From positions 1-59,797 of the forward strand of contig JAVBWN010000022.1 in NCBI GenBank assembly GCA_036677365.1: 59,797 bases of DNA, written 5' to 3'. The notes below the pieces were generated by a model. It ran no database searches, was not told where the DNA came from, and was given only the letters and a program-made list of their open reading frames with translations. Numbering within the stretch: the stretch's first letter is position 1; each line of letters begins with the position of its first letter. This DNA comes from Acholeplasma sp. GTDB lineage: Bacteria > Bacillota_I > Bacilli_A > Acholeplasmatales > UBA5453. Shown in pieces: positions 53,117-59,797 of this stretch. The position numbers and the translations under genes were made by a program.

Positions 53117-55930
53117 TTAATTTACCATTGGTGGTTCTTCTTGATTCATGAACATTTCGAAGAACTGGTGGATTTCATCGATTTGAGTTGGTGTCAAATT
53201 GTTGAATGTATACCCAGCAATGCGGTCTGCTTCAGCATCGATATGTGCAATGCCATCGGTGATGTCGGTTTCAATTTCAATCAACATGGAAGCATCGATA
53301 CCCAATAATGTTTGCAAATCTGTGTTGCCGAGGATATCATCAATGACAATCGCGATGGTTTCGTCCATCAACGCACGTTTTTGATCTAATACGTGGTCAA
53401 GTGAAATGATCACATGAATCATCAATCCGGTTTCAAATTCAACGCCCCATAGATTGATTTGTGCATAAATATTGGTGAGGCTGTCAAGTTCAGCCATAAC
53501 CGCTTCTTCTAATTCCAATACATTTAGGATGACTTCAATGAGATGAGGCTTGATGGCTTCAAATACGCCATCACAGTCATCATCGATACCGCCTTGGATA
53601 CATGCAACTTGGACTGGCAATTTCATCAAGTTTACCCACGCAGTGATGAAGTCTTGATCGATATCACTACGGATCAATCCTCTGTAATCCATCACATGGT
53701 CAATCATCAATTCGATGAAGTTTAATACCATTTCCGGATTCTTTTCTTCTGTTTCCATGAATTCTACCAAGTCAAATAGCATGGCGCCTTCAGTTTGGAT
53801 CAAGTGTTGAATCAAGGCTTTATCCATCGCATAGACCATTTCATAGAATTCGATGTAACTTGGGATTTGTAATACAAGTTCATCTAGCAATGCAGATACT
53901 TTATCAAACATCGCTGGGTCTAATTCGTCTTCGAGTTGCGTTTTCGCAATCGTTACAGCAAATCCAACGAAATCTACCACCATAGGTGTGACATCGATCG
54001 CTTCGATCGTTGAAACCAATGTGGCTTGTTCGGTTAAGAAGTTATCCAAGTAAGTGAGTACATAAAGGACGAGTTCAACCACTTTGGTAGGGTCAGTATA
54101 ACCTTCATAATAGATTTCTTCGAATTCATCATAATAGCCTTCAGTCACCATACCATCGACAATCGCTTGGACATCATTGATCGTCGTAAGATCGACACTA
54201 AGGATAAATTCAAGACCCAATAGGGTTGAATTTCTTTGAAGTTTTGCGATTGTATCGGCGTGACCAACCAAGGTATTCACGTTGTATCCAAACATGCTAC
54301 CAGCAAGTGTAATCAACGTTTCATAGAAGATTTCAAAGCTGGTTTCTGCTGGTAGGGTTTCAATCAAAATAGAAACGATTTCATCTTTAAGAATCAATAC
54401 TTCTTCCATGGATAATTGTCCAGAAGAAAGTAAATCGTCAATGTCATCGATTAAGGTTGCTGGAATGGCTTGATATACCGTTTGAATATAGGTTCCAACT
54501 TCTTCAATGATGGTTCTGACATATTCTGATTCATTTTCAAGCATGTCGATGATCATTTCGACCATTTCAACCTGTGTATTGATTTCGTCGATACGGTCTT
54601 TATAGAATGAAACATCCGATAACTTGTAATATATGTCCCATAGTGGGTCAAATAAGCTTGGGTAATAATTCATGACACTGTTGATAAACGCCGTATCATT
54701 GCTTTGATAGGCATGTTCCATCACACGGATGAATAAATCGATGTATTGGTCAGTTTCATCCCCGTAATAATAATATTCTATGTAAGGGGTGTATTCCCAA
54801 TAACGCGCATTCATGTAATCTCGAGCAGCATTGATGACTCTTGATACATCGATATTTTCGATGTTCATCAAGAATGTTCCAAATAACATTTGGTCTTGTA
54901 TCGATACATGTACCATCATGGCTGATTGCATCGTCGCAAACGCATTCGATGTCATGAATGTTGCGATTTCAGCTTGTTTTGCATCGAGTTGTTCTTCAAA
55001 GTAAACACGGTTGTTTTCCATTTCTTCTAAGGCAATGCCTAATGCTTCATTGCCTAAAGTTAAAACGAAGCTGGCGAAAATTTGTGGGGACATACCATAA
55101 GCGCTAAGTTTATCAAATTCTTCTTTGAGTAAGCTTGGGCTTGGGTTTTCAAACTTCATTGGCAGTTCTACCATGAAGCTCATCATTTGAACCATTTGAA
55201 CCGGGTCCATACCTTCGCTCAGAGCGACATCTAGATAAAGGTTGGTCATGGTTTCCATTCGAATGTATTGTTTATATTCAAATTCATTTTCAAAATCATC
55301 TTCGGTCATGTTTGGTGTATAGGTTGGGTTGATTGCAGAAAGTAAACTTGCATAGATGACTTCTCTGTTTTCAACACTGATGACCGTATAGTTTCTAGGT
55401 GCTGATGCTTGAGACAACACCGTACCAGCAGTCGCTTTGACTGTGATTGTGTATGCGCCAGGGGTTAGGTTTAATGTGGTTAAATCAAAGGTGGTTTGGG
55501 TTGTGGTTGTAGACACATTACCATTCACAATGATTTGATAACCCGTAGCATTAAGAACGGCTTGCCAAGACAACAGGTTGCCTGTCAAATTCACAATTGG
55601 TGCAGTTAAGGTTACACTGCCCCCTTGAACCACATAAGTAATACCTGTCGATGGTGCCGATAGGGTAGTCCCTTTTTTCGCAACCACGGTGATGGTATAA
55701 TTACCTGCCGTTAAGTTGAGTGTAGATAGGTCAAAGGTGGTCGCTGTTGTGACATGTTCTGTACTATTCACAACCACAATATACGATTCTGCGCCAGTAA
55801 CCGCATCCCAGGATACGACATCACCGGTTAAGGTTACATTGGTAGGTTTGCCTAAGGTTGAGCTTTGTTCACAACCATAGAGCGCTACTGCGCCAAGAAC
55901 AATCAAAAACAAGAAATAAAAACGTTTCAT
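53117..55930 (-). CDS. 937-aa lipoprotein: two FN3-like domains plus long acidic helical region
   Basis: LYGC lipobox; two SWxAVxxAxxY...TFDLxTLNLTxGxYTITVxA units. Confidence 0.82.
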   Translation of the reverse strand: MKRFYFLFLIVLGAVALYGCEQSSTLGKPTNVTLTGDVVSWDAVTGAESYIVVVNSTEHVTTATTFDLSTLNLTAGNYTITVVAKKGTTLSAPSTGITYVVQGGSVTLTAPIVNLTGNLLSWQAVLNATGYQIIVNGNVSTTTTQTTFDLTTLNLTPGAYTITVKATAGTVLSQASAPRNYTVISVENREVIYASLLSAINPTYTPNMTEDDFENEFEYKQYIRMETMTNLYLDVALSEGMDPVQMVQMMSFMVELPMKFENPSPSLLKEEFDKLSAYGMSPQIFASFVLTLGNEALGIALEEMENNRVYFEEQLDAKQAEIATFMTSNAFATMQSAMMVHVSIQDQMLFGTFLMNIENIDVSRVINAARDYMNARYWEYTPYIEYYYYGDETDQYIDLFIRVMEHAYQSNDTAFINSVMNYYPSLFDPLWDIYYKLSDVSFYKDRIDEINTQVEMVEMIIDMLENESEYVRTIIEEVGTYIQTVYQAIPATLIDDIDDLLSSGQLSMEEVLILKDEIVSILIETLPAETSFEIFYETLITLAGSMFGYNVNTLVGHADTIAKLQRNSTLLGLEFILSVDLTTINDVQAIVDGMVTEGYYDEFEEIYYEGYTDPTKVVELVLYVLTYLDNFLTEQATLVSTIEAIDVTPMVVDFVGFAVTIAKTQLEDELDPAMFDKVSALLDELVLQIPSYIEFYEMVYAMDKALIQHLIQTEGAMLFDLVEFMETEEKNPEMVLNFIELMIDHVMDYRGLIRSDIDQDFITAWVNLMKLPVQVACIQGGIDDDCDGVFEAIKPHLIEVILNVLELEEAVMAELDSLTNIYAQINLWGVEFETGLMIHVIISLDHVLDQKRALMDETIAIVIDDILGNTDLQTLLGIDASMLIEIETDITDGIAHIDAEADRIAGYTFNNLTPTQIDEIHQFFEMFMNQEEPPMVN

Positions 55931-56048
55931 TGCATCAAGTCCTTTCCTTGAATTTCACCCTCATTATACTCAAAGTTGTGACAAAATTGTGTAAATAAGT
56001 CTCAATTCTTTCAAAAATATTACAAATACTCAAAAAACACGATAAAAA

Positions 56049-58496
56049 TCATTCGATTTGATGCATTTTTAAGACATCCGAAGGGTTCAAATGTTTGGAT
56101 TTACGGATGTAGAATAGTCTTGTTGCTAAAAGCATCAAATTGCCTATGGCCAAACCCAAAGCGATATCGATGGGTTTAAAGACAATATTTTCATATTCAT
56201 CAAACAGCAACAACAACGGTTTAATCAACGGATTGATCATCCATAGCGTGACTAAAGTAGACAGTGTTAACGTGAGTGAAACCAGTAACCCTTCGAACCA
56301 CAAATGACGTTTTAATGTCTTTCGTGATAGCCCCAAAATCGAAGCACGGACATAACTGGGTTTCAATTCATAAAATAGAATCATCCCCTGATTCATCATC
56401 GATAACAATAAACCCGCCAAGATGAACATCGTAACAAAGGTAGCGTAATTCATCGATTGAATCACTTCATGCGACAAATGTCGTGCATTCAACTGAAAAT
56501 CATAGACATAAAATAAACGGCTGCTATATGCATCAATCAATTGATTTTTGAGGGTTTGAGGGTCACTCGAATTGATTAAAATGTGGGTTTGTTTCAAATC
56601 GCTGTACCCCGATACACGGTGCAAGTTAATGAATGCTGTATTCCCCACCGCTTCATCAAAGAACCCCAGTACTTTAAGTGGTACATTCGGATGGGTCTTA
56701 TTTAGCCCAATGTGAACGGTGTCACCGACATTGACCCCATAAATCGCTTTATAGCGCATCGGCAACCATATGGCTGGTTCTGTGCTGTTTTGAAACAAGG
56801 TTAGTTCATCCACATGGGTCATACCAAAGTATCGTGGAATAACTTCAGGGTCTAACATGTAAACCGCTTGGAAAACTTGATTGCCTTCTGTAATCGGTAC
56901 ACTTCGGTAAATGCCTACTGGACTACTATGTTCAACCAAAGGGTTTGACCCGAGTTCTGTTTGGATTTGAGAAACATTGGTTAAGACATTGGATAATACC
57001 AAATCGGCCTGGTACTCATTTAAAATGACATTGGCTTTATATTTGATGTAGCCCGTGGTTTCAAACAGTAATGTGACTGATACCAGTGTTGCCAGTGAAA
57101 GCCACAAGAAACGATACAACGTTTTCTTATGGTAACTGATTTTCATCAAATAAGGGTATGGGGTTTCTTTGAAAAAGTTCACTTGTTTGATCCAAAAACG
57201 ATGGATCAAAATCAACCATGCATAGGTCGTCGATAGTACCAATACCAATCGAATTAAGGTGTATTGAATGCCCGCTTTAGGCAGTAGGAAGTAAGTGAGA
57301 CTGCTCACCAAGACCATAACCCCAAAAACCCAAGTACTGATTTTTTGATCCGGGCGCACTTTAAGTCTAGAAACTTCTGTTTTGGATTGCCACTGCAGGG
57401 TATGGTATAAGACGGTTAAAACGAAGATTAAAGTTAAAATGCCAATGCTATATACAATCGGTAAAAAGGATAACGGGTAAATCAACCCCGGCATCAGCAC
57501 TTGCATGCCGATTTGAATGATGCCATAAGCCAATAAGTAACCTAAGATGGCCGCAGGGACATATAAGATGATGAGTTCAAACAGCCAAATGAAAAATCCA
57601 AAAGAGAGTGACCCACCGAGAAGTTTGATTAATGAAAGCATTTGTTCTTTTTCCCTAAACACCAAGGCATAGGTCGTCTGTATGAGCAACAACACCGTGA
57701 TTCCAATGAATAGCAACATCAATTGGAATAAAGCAATCGCACGGTTGATCAATTGGTTGATATATTGGACCGGCAAACTCAACTTAAAATCCATCGTTTG
57801 ATACGCCGATAAGTTTTGAACGGCAACTTGTGTTTGGGTGATATTGTCTGAATCAAAATAAACCGTATTATTCAAATTGACGAAAAAAGCATCTGGATAA
57901 CTGGATAAAGCAGGAAACATCGCTTTGATGAAAAGTCCGACATGAGGGTCATGTAAAATAAACCCTTGATCCCCTTGGAATACCCCATAATCTTTGAGAA
58001 TGTCTCGAACAACAAAGGATTTTTGGGTTTGACCTATGGCCAATGTCAGTGTATCTGAAATCCCGACTTGATGCGTTTTAGCGGCGGTTTCAGTCAAGAT
58101 AATTTCATTTTCTAACAAATCATGAGATGACCCATATAATACCTCAAAATCAGCTTTTGAGGTGGCTAAAACGGTGAGGTAATCGTAATCATCTGTCAGT
58201 GCATCGACTTTAAATACTTTCGCATAGGTACCGTCATAGTTTTCATCCAAAGTACGGGTTGAAAAGTACCGTGAAGTCGAGTTTGAACCAATGGTCATTT
58301 CTAAATCGATGTGTTCACTCATCCGTTCATAGCGATAATAATAGTAGTGTTTAAGCACATCTTGCATCGTAAACGATAACGTTAAAACCACCATTAAAAA
58401 GGTAAAACCAAGCAACATTAAAAAACTTCGCAAAGGGGACTTCACGAGGTTTTGTTTGGCGAATTTTAACATGAATAAGGCGTTAGATCTTTTCAT
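56049..58496 (-). CDS. FtsX/MacB-like ABC permease (duplicated)
   Basis: Two TM+ectodomain+3TM halves; start could be 58472. Confidence 0.85.
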   Translation of the reverse strand: MKRSNALFMLKFAKQNLVKSPLRSFLMLLGFTFLMVVLTLSFTMQDVLKHYYYYRYERMSEHIDLEMTIGSNSTSRYFSTRTLDENYDGTYAKVFKVDALTDDYDYLTVLATSKADFEVLYGSSHDLLENEIILTETAAKTHQVGISDTLTLAIGQTQKSFVVRDILKDYGVFQGDQGFILHDPHVGLFIKAMFPALSSYPDAFFVNLNNTVYFDSDNITQTQVAVQNLSAYQTMDFKLSLPVQYINQLINRAIALFQLMLLFIGITVLLLIQTTYALVFREKEQMLSLIKLLGGSLSFGFFIWLFELIILYVPAAILGYLLAYGIIQIGMQVLMPGLIYPLSFLPIVYSIGILTLIFVLTVLYHTLQWQSKTEVSRLKVRPDQKISTWVFGVMVLVSSLTYFLLPKAGIQYTLIRLVLVLSTTYAWLILIHRFWIKQVNFFKETPYPYLMKISYHKKTLYRFLWLSLATLVSVTLLFETTGYIKYKANVILNEYQADLVLSNVLTNVSQIQTELGSNPLVEHSSPVGIYRSVPITEGNQVFQAVYMLDPEVIPRYFGMTHVDELTLFQNSTEPAIWLPMRYKAIYGVNVGDTVHIGLNKTHPNVPLKVLGFFDEAVGNTAFINLHRVSGYSDLKQTHILINSSDPQTLKNQLIDAYSSRLFYVYDFQLNARHLSHEVIQSMNYATFVTMFILAGLLLSMMNQGMILFYELKPSYVRASILGLSRKTLKRHLWFEGLLVSLTLTLSTLVTLWMINPLIKPLLLLFDEYENIVFKPIDIALGLAIGNLMLLATRLFYIRKSKHLNPSDVLKMHQIE

Positions 58497-59154
58497 CTTT
58501 GATGATGTTCCCATCCAATAATCGAATGACACGGTTGGTGTATGACAATAACGACTCGTTATGCGTCACCATCACGATGGTGATGCCCAAAGTCTCGTTG
58601 AGTTTTTTGAATAATGCCATGATTTCTAAGCTGGTCGCGTAGTCCAAATTCCCTGTGGGTTCATCGGCGAATATGATCTTTTTTTCACCTAAAATCGCAC
58701 GTGCAATGGAAGCACGTTGTTGCATCCCACCAGAAAGCGCTGATGGGTATTGGTGCATCACATCTTTTAATCCAACCAACGAAAGTGCTTCTTCAATGGT
58801 CAAACCTTTGTGTTTGATGATGACATTGGCGAGTTTCAAGTTATCGTAAATGGTTAAGTTTGGAATCAAGTTAAAAAATTGGAATACAAATCCAATCAAA
58901 TCACGGCGTAAGATCGCGCGGTCACTTTCGAGGTAATTGGAGAGTGGCTTTTGAAACAGGTGAACTTCGCCACTATCGACCGGTTCTAAGCCGGACATGA
59001 CATATAAAAGTGTGGTTTTACCTGACCCACTCGGGCCAATGATCCCGACGAATTCAGAAGCGTGGATACTTAAGGATAAATGGTTTAAAACCGGGCGATT
59101 TAACACATCCGGGTAATAGGTTTTTTTGACATCCTTTAAAACGATTTGTTCCAT
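58483..59154 (-). CDS. LolD/MacB-type ABC ATPase
   Basis: GPSGSGKT, FVFQFFNL, LSGGMQQR, ADEPTGNLD. Confidence 0.93.
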   Translation of the reverse strand: MEQIVLKDVKKTYYPDVLNRPVLNHLSLSIHASEFVGIIGPSGSGKTTLLYVMSGLEPVDSGEVHLFQKPLSNYLESDRAILRRDLIGFVFQFFNLIPNLTIYDNLKLANVIIKHKGLTIEEALSLVGLKDVMHQYPSALSGGMQQRASIARAILGEKKIIFADEPTGNLDYATSLEIMALFKKLNETLGITIVMVTHNESLLSYTNRVIRLLDGNIIKDEKI

Positions 59155-59207
59155 AACATCACCACTTTTCTACTTTCATTATAGCGCATAATCGATATAA
59201 AACAAAA

Positions 59208-59232
59208 ATAAAGGCGACATCATCGCCTTTAT
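59208..59232 (-). terminator. Intrinsic terminator after DUF1295 gene
   Basis: ATAAAGGCGA-catca-TCGCCTTTAT. Confidence 0.75.
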
Positions 59233-59236
59233 CCAA

Positions 59237-59637
59237 TCACAGAGATTTCTTTTTGAACCACGGAATGAGTTTAGAGGTATCTGCTTGATAGGCTTTATAC
59301 TCACTTCTGGTTTTGAGGATTTTTTCTTCCATCATTGGGATGGAAATAAATAAGAACATCAGTGTCATCGAGATGGGTGCTAAGATGTACCAATCGACTC
59401 TCAAGGCAACCCCAAAATAAGCCACATATAACCCCCACCATACCATGACTTCTCCAAAGTAATTGGGGTGTCTAGAGTATTGCCACAAACCCACATCAAT
59501 GATCCTTTTTTCACCCGGGTTTCGCTTGAAAGCACGCATTTGCTCATCGGATAAATACTGGATGACGACCGCTGAAAGCGTGATGATCACCCCTAAAATC
59601 GAAACCAAGTTCAAATTTCCATGGAGTGAAACCATTT
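59237..59637 (-). pseudogene. 3' half of a DUF1295 (steroid 5-alpha-reductase-like) membrane protein gene, interrupted by IS
   Basis: SDEQM, GLWQYSRHPNYFGE..WWG, Y..Y...TS..IPW; the 5' side is replaced by an IS right end. Confidence 0.85.
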
Positions 59638-59735
59638 GTGAACTACCCACCACTTAACTAGAAGTGAGGGCTTCCTATCCATACCAGTCTTCACCAGTGA
59701 CTCAATAGGCTATCCCCGTAGTCCCTACGGTTCTT
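59618..59735 (-). ncRNA. Predicted TnpB omegaRNA: scaffold about 59735-59638, guide about 59637-59618
   Basis: ACCGTAGGGACTACGGGGATAGCCT hairpin, CCTAT/ATAGG stem, terminal hairpin, GGACTAC/GTAGTTC complementarity. Confidence 0.7.
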
Positions 59736-59797
59736 ATGTGTCTTATTACTGAAATGCTAACTTATACTTTCTAAACCCTTCTTTGTTGATATTGATC
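59638..59797 (-). mobile_element. Right end of an IS200/IS605 element ending in TTCAC
   Basis: Minus strand GAAG-CCCTCACTT-ctagtt-AAGTGGTGGG-TAGTTCAC: subterminal hairpin with a GAAG foot matching a TCAC end under the IS608 pairing rule. Confidence 0.88.
59746..59796 (-). CDS. tnpB: TnpB extreme C-terminus, cut by window end
   Basis: INI NKEGFRKYKLAFQ* resembles the (DxNAA)INIxxEG tail and directly precedes the omegaRNA/right end. Confidence 0.65.
   Translation of the reverse strand: MNINKEGFRKYKLAFQ

Noticed and set aside
59638..59653. ORF start MVGSS of 59237..59653
   Set aside because: These codons belong to the IS right end
59638..59797. IStron (self-splicing IS) that would rescue the DUF1295 gene
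   Set aside because: The element ends in C, not the terminal G a group I intron needs; the 5' part is not visible

Overview
Most genes lie on the minus strand. Gene content and the use of TGA as a stop (Trp = TGG, several ATGA overlaps) point to a wall-less Acholeplasmatales-type Mollicute; this assignment is inferred. Both ends of the window break inside two different IS200/IS605-type tnpB elements whose 3' ends and predicted omegaRNA scaffolds face inward. The right-hand element interrupts a DUF1295 gene. The core content is pepC, three tRNAs (Arg-CCT, Arg-TCT, Lys-CTT), and the phoH-ybeY-cdd-era-recO-glyQS-dnaG-(extra sigma70)-rpoD-trmK operon. It also includes rpsU and rpmG (both missed by the ORF track), hrcA-grpE-dnaK-dnaJ with two CIRCE sites, ispG, a BMP nucleoside ABC transporter, MATE, ABC-F, divergent GH13 genes, two surface endonuclease-I-type nucleases and several ABC exporters. 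The most unusual items are: a lipoprotein/ECF sigma/anti-sigma triad in which lipoprotein and anti-sigma ectodomain are paralogous; a second RpoD-like sigma coupled between dnaG and rpoD; a 1998-aa membrane protein with twelve 71-aa repeats; and a small islet after tRNA-Lys with an HExxH protein and an orphan IS3-like end. All calls come from motif recognition by eye; no searches were run.
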